This document shows, piece by piece, positions 8,519 through 17,807 of a stretch of DNA of 57,023 nt. A model generated the notes under the pieces. That model was given only the letters and a program-made list of their open reading frames with translations. It did not search any database and was not told the DNA's origin. This DNA comes from a virus. Its lineage: Duplodnaviria > Caudoviricetes. Within the stretch, counting starts at the first letter, position 1; each line of letters begins with the position of its first letter. Both the position numbers and the translations under genes were made by a program. The stretch covers positions 1 through 57,023 of IMG/VR virus record IMGVR_UViG_3300022917_000002, one strand, 5' to 3'.

Positions 8519-9915
8519 CAGTGGTACTCCCCGGCGCCCTCATCGTTCATCGGCGGTTCGCCGGCCTCCAGGGTGCGCCCGACGGCCAGGCAGTGCGCCC
8601 GCAGCGTGGCGCCCTCGATCACGTAGTCCGACAGCTGCTCGGTCTTCAGCTGTCCGGCGATGGCGTTCAGGCGCTCCAACCGCTGCGCTGGCGGCACCGA
8701 CGGCCCGTTCAGCGCCCGCAGCGCGTGGAGCGCGGCCACCGCCCGGGACTGCCGGCCCGCCTCCGACGCCGGGGCCGGGACCGAGACCGGTGGCATGTCG
8801 TGCCGGTTCTCCTCGTAGTCGGTCCGCGCCGGATGGTCGGCCGGGGGCCGCTCGTGGCTGCGCTCCTGCGTCAGGTGGTTGTTGTTGTCGGCATCGCCGT
8901 CCGGCATGCCCTCGACCGGGATCATCAGCCCGTGCAGGAGCCCGTACTTCAGGGCCATGGCGGCCGCCTTGCTGGTGGCCTTGTCGCCCGCGTCGCGGCC
9001 CTCCCCCACCATCTGGAAGGTGTGCGTCGACCCGTCCTCCGGGTCGGTGAACGTGTACTCGACGGTCAGAAACACGGTCGTCCACACGGTGTCGCGGACG
9101 GTGGTCTTGCCCTGGTAGGTGGACTCCGACTTGACGGTGCTCTGCTGCTGCTCGCGGGTCAGGACGCGCGGCGAGTAGATGAGCCCGATCGTGCGCATCG
9201 CGGCGCCGACGGCGTCCATCGCCTGATCCACGCCCCGGAACTGGAAGCGACCACCCTTGCCCAGGTCGGCCTTCTGGGACTTCGGGATCTCGCCCACCTG
9301 GCGCATCAGGGCCAGCACCTTGCGGGCCGCACCCAGGCCGGTGGGCGCGGGCTGCGCGAGAGCGGGGGCCGCGTCGCCGACCGCCTCCAGGGCGCGGCGC
9401 ACGTCGACGAGCTGAAGGGCCAGCTCCGATATGCTGGCCCCGATCGGCTCCAGGGCCTCGGCGATCCGGCTGTCAATGATGGCCGGACCGGCCACGCGGG
9501 CCAGGCTGACCACCTTCTGCTTGACGGCGGTCAAGTCGGCGGCGAAGCTGCCCGCCACGGCCGCCTCCCCGCTCTCCACACCGGCCAGCTGGCGCTCCAC
9601 CTCTTCCAGCCGGGCCAGCACGTTGGCCAGCTTGGGCCCGATCATGGCGTCGAGCTGGTCGGACAGGGCGTCCTCGGCCAGCGCGTGCGTGACCGGGTTG
9701 TCGTCGGCCAGGCGCCGGGACATATCGTCGCGCAACTCCGCGTGCGCAACCTCGCGGTCGGCCATGCGGCTCTGAAGGTCGGTCAGCTTCTCGCTGATCT
9801 CGTCCAGCCGCTCATCGGCGGCCGTCGCCAACGCCATGGCGTCCTGTGCCGCGCGGGCGGCCTCGGCGGTCGTGAGCCGCTTGGTCGGCTGCTCGGTGGT
9901 CTCGTCGTCGGGCAT
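8518..9915 (-). CDS. erf: ERF-family ssDNA-annealing recombinase with long N-terminal coiled coil
   Basis: FQFRGVDQAMDAV...GEGRDAGDKATSKAAAMALKYGL ERF motif. Confidence 0.85.
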   Translation of the reverse strand: MPDDETTEQPTKRLTTAEAARAAQDAMALATAADERLDEISEKLTDLQSRMADREVAHAELRDDMSRRLADDNPVTHALAEDALSDQLDAMIGPKLANVLARLEEVERQLAGVESGEAAVAGSFAADLTAVKQKVVSLARVAGPAIIDSRIAEALEPIGASISELALQLVDVRRALEAVGDAAPALAQPAPTGLGAARKVLALMRQVGEIPKSQKADLGKGGRFQFRGVDQAMDAVGAAMRTIGLIYSPRVLTREQQQSTVKSESTYQGKTTVRDTVWTTVFLTVEYTFTDPEDGSTHTFQMVGEGRDAGDKATSKAAAMALKYGLLHGLMIPVEGMPDGDADNNNHLTQERSHERPPADHPARTDYEENRHDMPPVSVPAPASEAGRQSRAVAALHALRALNGPSVPPAQRLERLNAIAGQLKTEQLSDYVIEGATLRAHCLAVGRTLEAGEPPMNDEGAGEYH

Positions 9916-9921
9916 GCGGTG

Positions 9922-10551
9922 TCAGTCCTCCAACTTTCCGGTACGGGCGAACAGTTCCAGGCCCACTTCCAGGGCCCGCGTGATGGTGGTGCCGTGCAGG
10001 TGCAGCTGCCCGTACACGGCCTGGTAGCTGTCCTCGGCCATCGAGAACCGCAGCGGCGGGAGCATCACGCGACGCGCCCGCTGGTAGTGCTTTTGGAGCT
10101 CCAGGTCATCGCCGGTGGGCACGATGCCCCCGAGGTGCTCGCGACGGATCACGCGGGCCGCCTCGTTCAGCGCGGACAGCCCGAGGTCCCCAAGGGCGAC
10201 GGCCTGATCGATGACGCCCAGGACGATGCGGGCCCGGTCCTCGTCGCTCTGCCCGTCGGGCCGAGTGGGGATCGAGTCCTGCGCGGGCCGGGGGAACTTG
10301 CGGTGGCCCCGCCGTGTGATGCGGTTGCCGCCCGGGTCGCGCGGCACGCCCTCGTTGTCGGGTTGGGGCGCGGTGCTGTCGGGGGTCCAGTGACCGAGGA
10401 CGTGACGGGCCACGTCGGCCATGGTGGTGTGCGCGACGCCGTCTCGCGCCCGCTCCTCGGTGCGCACCAGTTCGAGGCGTGCCTGTGCGGCCCGCAGGAT
10501 GCGGGAGCGGATGCTCACGTCGACCTGGTGGGCGGTTGCTGTGTCGGTCAC
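9922..10551 (-). CDS. Putative DNA-binding protein with two ribbon-helix-helix-like segments
   Basis: VDVSIRSRILRAAQ...TMADVARHVL and LRFSMAEDSYQAV...TITRALEVGL; GGAGG RBS before GTG 10551. Confidence 0.5.
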   Translation of the reverse strand: MTDTATAHQVDVSIRSRILRAAQARLELVRTEERARDGVAHTTMADVARHVLGHWTPDSTAPQPDNEGVPRDPGGNRITRRGHRKFPRPAQDSIPTRPDGQSDEDRARIVLGVIDQAVALGDLGLSALNEAARVIRREHLGGIVPTGDDLELQKHYQRARRVMLPPLRFSMAEDSYQAVYGQLHLHGTTITRALEVGLELFARTGKLED

Positions 10552-10577
10552 GGTGGGACCTCCCTTCACTCCCCACT

Positions 10578-10606
10578 AACCTACCCCAAACGGGTGTGGG
10601 TGACAA
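10578..10606 (-). promoter_or_regulatory. Promoter/operator of leftward operon
   Basis: TTGTCA-CCCACACCCGTTTGGGG-TAGGTT. Confidence 0.75.
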
Positions 10607-10632
10607 GCGGGTGTGACTGGTAGCCTAAGGGG

Positions 10633-11016
10633 GTGTCAGAACTGAGCAGGCAGCGTGCCGCCCTCTGGGAGCGCTGCGACGGATTGTGCGAGGTCAGCGG
10701 CAGGCCTCTCGACTACGAGACCTTCGACATGCACCACCGGCGCAACAAAGGCATGGGCGGCACCAGCCGACCCAACACGGACGCCCTCTACAACCTGCTG
10801 GCCCTCGACCCTGAGATCCACAACGGCGGGCCCACGTCCGTGCACGGGCGCCGGGACTGGTCGGAGGCGAACGGGTTCCTGATCCCCAAGAACGCCGACT
10901 ACCCGCAGCAGTGGCCGGTCAAGCTCCGGGCCCGCTGGTGGGTGCTGCTCCCGGCCACCCCGGGGTACGTGCCGATCCCGCGCTCCCTGGTCGAGTCCCG
11001 CAACTTCGTTCACTGA
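10633..11016 (+). CDS. HNH endonuclease
   Basis: RCDGLCE...DMHHRR..GMGG....NLLAL...H. Confidence 0.85.
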   Translation: MSELSRQRAALWERCDGLCEVSGRPLDYETFDMHHRRNKGMGGTSRPNTDALYNLLALDPEIHNGGPTSVHGRRDWSEANGFLIPKNADYPQQWPVKLRARWWVLLPATPGYVPIPRSLVESRNFVH

Positions 11017-11112
11017 TCAACGATGTAGGGTCGTAGACAGCAAAGAGCCCCGGACTCAGGTTGGCAGCCTGCCGGGGCGCGTAACCACCTTCTACCGAAA
11101 GGCGGTTCGCTC

Positions 11113-11448
11113 ATGAGCGTACCCCACGTCATCTTGTCGGGCCCCTGGCCCGCCGCCGCCCCCGGCGAGTCCTGCTTCCCACGGGTCGTGGCTCGCGCCC
11201 CCGTCACCAAACTCAGCCTTGAGGCCTTCGCCTATTACGGCTACCTGGTCTCCCTGGGGTACAGCCAGGACGGCCTCTCCCCCCTCCCCGAGGCCGTAGC
11301 CGCCACTCGACGAGGCCTCACTGCGCAGGCCGCGCGGCGTGCCTTCTGCGAGCTGGCCTCCGTGGGCCTGATCACGATCGCCAGCGCTGAGCAGGACGGC
11401 CCTATCACGGAGGTCACTCTCCCCCTGCCTTCGGAGGACTGGGCGTGA
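11113..11448 (+). CDS. Putative HTH protein upstream of initiator
   Basis: KLSLEAFAYYGYLVS...ARRAFCELASVGLI. Confidence 0.55.
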   Translation: MSVPHVILSGPWPAAAPGESCFPRVVARAPVTKLSLEAFAYYGYLVSLGYSQDGLSPLPEAVAATRRGLTAQAARRAFCELASVGLITIASAEQDGPITEVTLPLPSEDWA

Positions 11449-12407
11449 GCGTCAAGGCCACCACCTGGGTATGGGACCACTCCGAGGCCAGCGGTAGCGC
11501 CCGGCTCGTGCTCCTCGCTATCGCGGATGCCGCCGACCAGGCGGGAGAGAACGCCTGGCCCTCCCAGCAGACCATCGCCGACATGTGCCGCATCTCCGTG
11601 CGCACCGTCCGGCGCCTGGTCGCCGCCCTCGTCGAGCTGGGCGAGCTGGAGGTGTTCGAACACGGCGGCGCGGCCTACCGTGAGGACAGGCGGCCCCACC
11701 GCTACCGCCTCGTCAAAATGCCCAGGCCAGCGGGCGGACAACCTGTCCCCCCGCGCCCATCAGCGGGCGGACAGGAGGACGCCAACGGGCGGACAAAGCG
11801 AGCGCCACGGGCGGACACTGCTGTCCCTATAACGTCCTTTCTTGACCCGTCCTTTCAAGAACAAAAGAACCCCTCCGGGGGGTCAGCTGACGCTGATGCC
11901 CGAGACGACCAGGAGAGCGCCATGACCCGACGACGGACACCTGAGCCCACGCTGCCCCTCTTCGATGCCCCTGCCCGCACGGAGCCCGAGACCCAGCGGC
12001 CGAGCGGCAAGAGCGCGGGGACGGTGGTGGCGCTGTACGTGGACTCGCACCGGCGGCATCGCGGCGGGGACCCGATGCGCTCCGCGACCGGCCGCGTGGC
12101 CCGGGACGTGGGCATCATGCTGCGGGAGGGTCGCGCGTCGATGGAGGAGCTGGAGGCGGCCGCGCGCCTGCTGGGCGCGTCGCCGTACGCGAACATCACG
12201 GTCGAGGTGAACAAGCTTCGCGATCGGCGCAAACCGCAGGACCCGACGCGAGGGCTGAGGGACGCGGTCCCGGCGGACGATCCGCGCTGGGCCCAGCAGG
12301 CCGAGGCCGAGGCTGCGGCGCGGCGACGGCGCCTCGCCGAGGACCCGGAGTACGCGGCCCTGTACGCCGAGTTTATGGGCCAGGACCCGGCGGTGGCGTC
12401 AGCATGA
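11445..12407 (+). CDS. Replication initiator (N-terminal HTH)
   Basis: ARLVLLAIADAAD...AWPSQQTIADMCRISVRTVRR; internal iterons; precedes DnaC-like gene. Confidence 0.85.
   Translation: MSVKATTWVWDHSEASGSARLVLLAIADAADQAGENAWPSQQTIADMCRISVRTVRRLVAALVELGELEVFEHGGAAYREDRRPHRYRLVKMPRPAGGQPVPPRPSAGGQEDANGRTKRAPRADTAVPITSFLDPSFQEQKNPSGGSADADARDDQESAMTRRRTPEPTLPLFDAPARTEPETQRPSGKSAGTVVALYVDSHRRHRGGDPMRSATGRVARDVGIMLREGRASMEELEAAARLLGASPYANITVEVNKLRDRRKPQDPTRGLRDAVPADDPRWAQQAEAEAAARRRRLAEDPEYAALYAEFMGQDPAVASA
11731..11870 (+). promoter_or_regulatory. Origin of replication (iterons plus AT-rich tract)
   Basis: CGGGCGGACA at 11731, 11764, 11786, 11808, then TATAACGTCCTTTCTTGA...CTTTCAAGAACAAAAGAA. Confidence 0.75.
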
Positions 12408-12410
12408 CAG

Positions 12411-12439
12411 TTGTGTCCCACGGCCATGATGGGTACGGT
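12411..12439 (+). promoter_or_regulatory. Promoter/operator, probably leaderless start at ATG 12446
   Basis: TTGTGT-CCCACGGCCATGATGGG-TACGGT, 6 nt before ATG. Confidence 0.6.
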
Positions 12440-12445
12440 TGGACC

Positions 12446-13246
12446 ATGACGGATAGCGAGCGCCTCGCCACGCACGTGGAACGTGCGGCAACGGCACGCG
12501 CGGCCGCCGACCGAAAGGCCGCGCTCTACGACACCGTGGCCCGCATGGCGGCCCGACAGGGCGTCAACATGGCCAAGTTCAACGACCCCGAGCGCGCGGA
12601 CGCGCTCCTGGCTCAGGCCGAGCGCGACGCGCACACCCAGCGTCTCGCCCGCCAGGCCGACATCCTCCTGTCCCGGCTGCCCTCCGACTACCGGGACGCG
12701 ACGCTGCCGCGCGAGGAGTGGGCCCTGGACGCGTTGGCGTGGCTGCGCGAGTTCCGGGCCTGCCGTGCGGCCGGCCGCCGTCCGCCGTCGCTGCTCATCA
12801 TGGGCCCGGTCGGCACCGGCAAGACGTGGACCGCCGCCGCCCTGGCCCGCATGATCCTGACCGAGGACACCGTGCCGGTCACGTTCATCACCACTCAGGA
12901 GATGATCAACGCGGTGAAGCCAGCGCAGGGCGGCCTGGACGTGGACATGGCCCAGTTCGAGGTGACGCCCCTGCTGGTGCTGGATGATTTCGGCAACGAG
13001 CGCCTCACCGAATGGGCCGCCGACCAGCTGCACCGGCTCGCCCACGCCCGCAACCACAACGGCCGCCCCCTGATCATCACCACCAACTTCTCCGGCGAGG
13101 AGATCCGCGACCGCTACAGCGAGCGCGTGGTCGAGCGCCTCTTCGGTGGCGCCCGCCTGGTCACCATCCAGGGCGAGTCCCGCCGCGAGCTGCCGCTGGC
13201 GTCCCTGCGCAAGCAGAAGAGGTCCAGCACCGAGGGAGACGACTAG
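12446..13246 (+). CDS. DnaC/IstB-like AAA+ helicase loader
   Basis: Walker A GPVGTGKT, Walker B LLVLDD, IITTN; alternative start 12404. Confidence 0.9.
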   Translation: MTDSERLATHVERAATARAAADRKAALYDTVARMAARQGVNMAKFNDPERADALLAQAERDAHTQRLARQADILLSRLPSDYRDATLPREEWALDALAWLREFRACRAAGRRPPSLLIMGPVGTGKTWTAAALARMILTEDTVPVTFITTQEMINAVKPAQGGLDVDMAQFEVTPLLVLDDFGNERLTEWAADQLHRLAHARNHNGRPLIITTNFSGEEIRDRYSERVVERLFGGARLVTIQGESRRELPLASLRKQKRSSTEGDD

Positions 13247-13626
13247 TGGTCACGGTCGGCGCGCCCGCCCGCGTGCGGCAGCTCTGGACGCGAGCACGAC
13301 CGTTGCTGCCGCTCATCGACGGCCCGGAGTGGTGCCTGGTCGTGGGGGGCCCGCTCGCGATCCTGCTGACGCCGGGCATCTGGTGGGGGGCTCTGGTCTC
13401 GGCCGTCATCTACGGCACGCTCGCGCTGCTCGTCGTCCTGGCCGCCGTGGAGGTGCGCGTCAAGCTCGCCTCCATGACGGCCGGCGCCGAGTACCTGCTG
13501 GGCGTCACGCCGTCGGGGGCGCCCCGGCTCATGGAGGTACCGTGCAGGCACGGGGACCTCCACCGCTTTCAGTGGACCGGCAACCACTGGGAGGCGATCG
13601 GCCCCGGCACCTCGGAGGCACCATGA
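13246..13626 (+). CDS. Membrane protein
   Basis: Two hydrophobic segments; directly upstream of endolysin. Confidence 0.6.
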   Translation: MVTVGAPARVRQLWTRARPLLPLIDGPEWCLVVGGPLAILLTPGIWWGALVSAVIYGTLALLVVLAAVEVRVKLASMTAGAEYLLGVTPSGAPRLMEVPCRHGDLHRFQWTGNHWEAIGPGTSEAP

Positions 13627-14597
13627 CCAACGGCATTGGCATTGACATCCACCCCTACTACCAGCGCGGCGTGGACTGGCCGCGCGTCGCCCGCGAGACC
13701 GAAGTCAACTGGGTCTACGTCAAGGCGTCCGACGGCGCGGCCCCCTACGCCAAGCAGGTCGGTAACCAGACCTATCGCCCGGACACGCACGTGGTGGGCG
13801 CCAGGTCGGTTGGCCTGCCCGTGGGCGTCTACCACTACGCCCAGTTCGGCGACCCGGTCGCGCAGGCCGATGTGCTGGCCCGCGAGCACCAGCGCCTCGG
13901 CGCGAACCTGCCACCCATGCTCGACCTCGAAGCCCCGTTCGTCGGCGACGCGAAGGCCGCCGCCTTCGCCAAGGCGTTCCTGGCCCGCATCGCCCAGCAC
14001 GGGCATCGACCGGTGCTCTACCTCAGCTCCTCGCACGCCCGCGCGATGCGCCCGGACCTGTGGGGCATCCGCGACCTGGTCATCTGGGTAGCGAGCTACG
14101 GCGTCAACGACGGCCTCCAGCACCCGCTCACCGGCGGCTACCCGGGTCGGGTGGATATCCACCAGTACACGAGCGCGGGACGTGTGAACGGGATCGCGTT
14201 CGCCACCGACCTGAACCGGGCATACCTCGACATCGGCTCGACGAAAGGACCATCAGACGTGGCACTCAAGGACGAGACCTTCGAATTCCGCACGCCGGAC
14301 GGCCGCGTGCTGCGGGTGGACGCGCTGACCGCGCTCGCCAACCTGTACGCCGAGCGCTTCTACGGCAGCTCCACCGTGCCGTGGACCGGCCCTTCGGGTC
14401 GCGCGATCGACCTCGGCGAGCTGGCCGAGGTCCCGGGCAGCACCACGGTCGAGCTGCCGGAGGACTTCGCGCAGCAGCTCGCCGAGGAGCTGGAGGCGCG
14501 CGGCGTGGGCGGCGCCAGCCCCCAGGATCTCGCCGAGGCGTACCGGGCGGCCGCCGACAAGCTCGCCCCCGGCGAGGTGGTACAGGACCCGCAGTAG
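13623..14597 (+). CDS. Endolysin, GH25 muramidase
   Basis: GIDIHPYYQ, VYVKASDG, GVYHYA, PMLDLE, HQYTS..RVNGI...DLN. Confidence 0.92.
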   Translation: MTNGIGIDIHPYYQRGVDWPRVARETEVNWVYVKASDGAAPYAKQVGNQTYRPDTHVVGARSVGLPVGVYHYAQFGDPVAQADVLAREHQRLGANLPPMLDLEAPFVGDAKAAAFAKAFLARIAQHGHRPVLYLSSSHARAMRPDLWGIRDLVIWVASYGVNDGLQHPLTGGYPGRVDIHQYTSAGRVNGIAFATDLNRAYLDIGSTKGPSDVALKDETFEFRTPDGRVLRVDALTALANLYAERFYGSSTVPWTGPSGRAIDLGELAEVPGSTTVELPEDFAQQLAEELEARGVGGASPQDLAEAYRAAADKLAPGEVVQDPQ

Positions 14598-14974
14598 TGC
14601 CACCCTCTATCCGGAAGGCCCGTCGACCCCCAGCGGCGGGCCTTCCGCCTGAGCTGGAAGAGGACTTCCAGCGCTGGTGCATCGAGACCGCGCACCTGTT
14701 CAAGTGGCACGTGGTCGCCTACCGGGCGGCCCGCGTGGGCAGACACGGCCGGTGGGTGACCCCGTTGCAGGGGGATTCGGGTGCCCCGGATTTGATCCTC
14801 GCGCGCGGGGGTGTGTGCATGCTGCGTGAGCTGAAGCGCGACGGCGAGTACCCGCGTGCGAATCAGCGCGATTGGTTGCGCGAGCTGGGCGAACATGGCG
14901 GAGTGTGGCGGCCCAGCGACCGAGTGTTGATCGTCGAGGAGCTGCGGACCGGCACCAAGATCATCGGTAGGTAA
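14597..14974 (+). CDS. VRR-NUC nuclease / Holliday junction resolvase
   Basis: EEDFQ...GAPDLIL...RELK...Q..W...VWRPSD. Confidence 0.85.
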   Translation: MPPSIRKARRPPAAGLPPELEEDFQRWCIETAHLFKWHVVAYRAARVGRHGRWVTPLQGDSGAPDLILARGGVCMLRELKRDGEYPRANQRDWLRELGEHGGVWRPSDRVLIVEELRTGTKIIGR

Positions 14975-15034
14975 CCCACACCTCATGGGGTATGGTTGAC
15001 AACATCGGTTGACAACGACCCGCCAGGAGGTCTA

Positions 15035-15688
15035 GTGAGCGACACCGATCCGTACCCCGACCTCGACGCCATCCAAGGCGACGAGCGCGGACACGCCCAC
15101 CTCGTGCCGGATGACGACCTCAGCTACACGCCCTGCGGCGCCCTCACCCGCCGTGGCGACGGCCCCCCCTGCCGCCGAGCACCAGCCAAGGGACAGAAGC
15201 GCTGCCGCCTCCACGGCGGCGCCAGCCCCCAGGCCATCGCCAAGGCCGAACGCGTCGCCCACCAACAGAAGCTCGAACGCGACATCGAACGCGCGCTCGC
15301 CAAGTTCGACATCCAGCCGGTCACCGACCCGCTGACCGCGCTTCAGCTCCTCGCCGGAGAGGTGCTGGAGTGGAAGCGCATCCTCCTGGAGAAGGTCAGC
15401 AACCTCGAGACCTGGCGCTACTCCACCGACTTCTCCGAGCAGATTCGCGGAGAGATCCTGCTCTACGAGCGCGCCATCGACCGCGCCGTCAACGTGCTGG
15501 GCACCATCGCCCGCCTCAACATCGAGGAGCGCCTGACCGCCGTCACCGAGGCCCAGGCGGCCCGGCTCGAAGGCGCCATGTTCGACGCGTTCGAGATCGT
15601 CGGCATCCCGATCACCGATCCCGAGCTTCGCGAACGCGTCCTCGTGGCGTTCGCGGACAACGTGATCCGCCTGCCGCAGGCCGGGTAG
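15035..15688 (+). CDS. terS: Terminase small subunit
   Basis: CGA.TR.G..C...CRLHGG motif; immediately upstream of TerL. Confidence 0.75.
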   Translation: MSDTDPYPDLDAIQGDERGHAHLVPDDDLSYTPCGALTRRGDGPPCRRAPAKGQKRCRLHGGASPQAIAKAERVAHQQKLERDIERALAKFDIQPVTDPLTALQLLAGEVLEWKRILLEKVSNLETWRYSTDFSEQIRGEILLYERAIDRAVNVLGTIARLNIEERLTAVTEAQAARLEGAMFDAFEIVGIPITDPELRERVLVAFADNVIRLPQAG

Positions 15689-15691
15689 CCC

Positions 15692-17293
15692 GTGCTGGCC
15701 ACCGCCGTCCTCGGCGCCAAGCTCAAGCGCAGTGGCCTGGCCCGCATCCGGCCGCCGTTCCTGAAGTCCATCGGCGACTGGCGCGACAGCGACTGCCAGC
15801 ACCCCGACCCCGATCGGCAACCCACCCGGCAGCTCGCCCCGGCCTGGCACGCCCACGACCGCGCCTGCCCGCAGCACGAGGACTGCCGCTTCTGCCACTC
15901 GTGCGCGGCGTGCCGACCCGAGCAGCGCAAGCCGGGCGGCGACGCCTGGGACGAGTGGCTATATCTCGCGGGCCGTGGCGCCGGGAAGACCCGGTCGGCC
16001 GCCGAGGAGATCGCGGCCGCGCTCGCGCTCAACACGCGCTGGCGCATCGCGATCGTCGCGCCCACCTTCGCCGACGCCCGAGACACCTGCGTGGAAGGCG
16101 AGTCCGGCCTGCTCGCCGTGTTCGAGCGGTGGGGGTGGCTGGAGAGCCGCGACTACACGTGGAACCGCTCCATGGGTGAGCTCTACGTCAAGTCCACCCG
16201 CTCACGCGCCAAGCTGTTCTCCGCCGAAACGCCGGCCCGACTGCGCGGCCCCCAGCACCACATGGCGTGGGTGGAGGAGCTGGCGCAGGTGGTGAAGCGC
16301 GTACCGGACGCCCTCGACATGCTGCGCTTCGGCATGCGCCTGGGCCGGCATCCGCGCCTGGTCGCCACCACCACGCCCCTGCCGCTCAAGGTCATCCGGG
16401 ACATGATCGCCGACGACCAGTGCGTGGTGTCCCGGGGTCGCACCGTCGACAACGCGGCCAACCTGCCGCGCACCGCGCTGAAGGCCCTGCACGACAAGTA
16501 CGCCGGCACCCGGGTCGGCCGTCAGGAGCTGGACGGCGAGATCCTCGACGACGTGCCCGGCGCCCTGTGGAAACGCGCGTGGCTCGACGAGCGCCGCATC
16601 CCCCACGACATCGAGGTGCGCTGGGCCGAGGCCGACCCAACCCGCACCCGCGAGGCGGCCGCCGCGATCCTGGCGCTCCTCGCCGAGCGCGGCATCACCC
16701 TGGTGAACATCGTGGTGGCGATCGACCCGGCGGTGACCTCGGGTGAGAAGGCGGACCGCACGGGCATCGTGGTGGCCGGACGCGACAGCGAGGGCCTGTT
16801 CTACGTGCTCGCGGACTACACGCTGCGCGAGACGCCCGATGTGGTGATGGAGCGCTTGGTGCAGGCCTACGACGACTGGCAGGCTAACTCGATCATCGTC
16901 GAGGTCAACAACGGCGGCGAGTACATCCCCGGCATGCTGCACCTCACCTGCCAGGTGACCGGCCACCCCACGATCTCCACCCACGCGATCAACGCGAAGA
17001 AGGGCAAGCGGGTCCGCGCCGAGCCCGTCTCGGCCATCTACGGCCAGCGCAGGGCCCGCCACGTCGGCACGCACGCCACCCTCGAAGACCTGCTGTGCGT
17101 GTGGACCCCCGAGGAAGTGCAGTCGCCGGACGAGATGGACGCCCTGGTGTACGCGATTCTGTGGCTAGACGGCCAGGCCGGCAACAGCCACCTCATGTCC
17201 ACCTCGGCCGTCATCCCCCGCCACCTCGGCGCCGGTGGCCGAGGCGCACAGATCCCCCTGACGGCCGCCGGGCGCGGCACCCGGAGGCCCTGA
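15692..17293 (+). CDS. terL: Terminase large subunit
   Basis: AGRGAGKT, RLRGPQH, VAIDPA, IIVEVNNGG, SPDEMDAL. Confidence 0.95.
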   Translation: MLATAVLGAKLKRSGLARIRPPFLKSIGDWRDSDCQHPDPDRQPTRQLAPAWHAHDRACPQHEDCRFCHSCAACRPEQRKPGGDAWDEWLYLAGRGAGKTRSAAEEIAAALALNTRWRIAIVAPTFADARDTCVEGESGLLAVFERWGWLESRDYTWNRSMGELYVKSTRSRAKLFSAETPARLRGPQHHMAWVEELAQVVKRVPDALDMLRFGMRLGRHPRLVATTTPLPLKVIRDMIADDQCVVSRGRTVDNAANLPRTALKALHDKYAGTRVGRQELDGEILDDVPGALWKRAWLDERRIPHDIEVRWAEADPTRTREAAAAILALLAERGITLVNIVVAIDPAVTSGEKADRTGIVVAGRDSEGLFYVLADYTLRETPDVVMERLVQAYDDWQANSIIVEVNNGGEYIPGMLHLTCQVTGHPTISTHAINAKKGKRVRAEPVSAIYGQRRARHVGTHATLEDLLCVWTPEEVQSPDEMDALVYAILWLDGQAGNSHLMSTSAVIPRHLGAGGRGAQIPLTAAGRGTRRP

Positions 17294-17294
17294 C

Positions 17295-17765
17295 ATGCCC
17301 AACAACATGCCCCTGCCGCCCCCGCCGGAGCGGGCCCGCGTGCGCCAGCTCAACCTTCAGGCCGAGCTGCTGCCCGGCGGCGGGGTCCGGTTCTCCACGC
17401 CGATGGCGCGCGGTTTCGCGGCGGTGGGCCGGACACCGGTGGAGATCACCCGCGCCCTGCTCGCGACGTTCACGGAGGCCACGGTGGCCGGGTACGCGGC
17501 CGCGCACGGGCGGGTCTATGACCTGGACGCGATGACGACCCGGGTGCCGGGGGACACCCTGGCGGACGGCCCGCAGCGCAGTCAGCGGGGCGCGGTGGCT
17601 CGCCGGGCCGCGCACCCGCCGGAGGCGTGGGCGATGCAGGACGACGGGACGTGGCGGTCACCGGCGGGGCGCACGTATCAGGCGAACTCGGCGACGGTGG
17701 CCCGGGTGCGGGAGGCGCGCATCCGCAAAGGGCTGCCTGTTGACACCCAGGATGGTAGTGGGTAA
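17295..17765 (+). CDS. Hypothetical protein
   Basis: GGAGG RBS; WRSPAGRTY. Confidence 0.65.
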   Translation: MPNNMPLPPPPERARVRQLNLQAELLPGGGVRFSTPMARGFAAVGRTPVEITRALLATFTEATVAGYAAAHGRVYDLDAMTTRVPGDTLADGPQRSQRGAVARRAAHPPEAWAMQDDGTWRSPAGRTYQANSATVARVREARIRKGLPVDTQDGSG

Positions 17766-17807
17766 GGTCGGCTGCGGAACGACCCCCACCAGGAAGGACC
17801 CTCCACC
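17740..17807 (+). promoter_or_regulatory. Repeated promoter/operator plus leader
   Basis: TTGACA-CCCAGGATGGTAGTGGG-TAAGGT; GGAACGACCCCCACCAGGAAGGACC. Confidence 0.8.
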
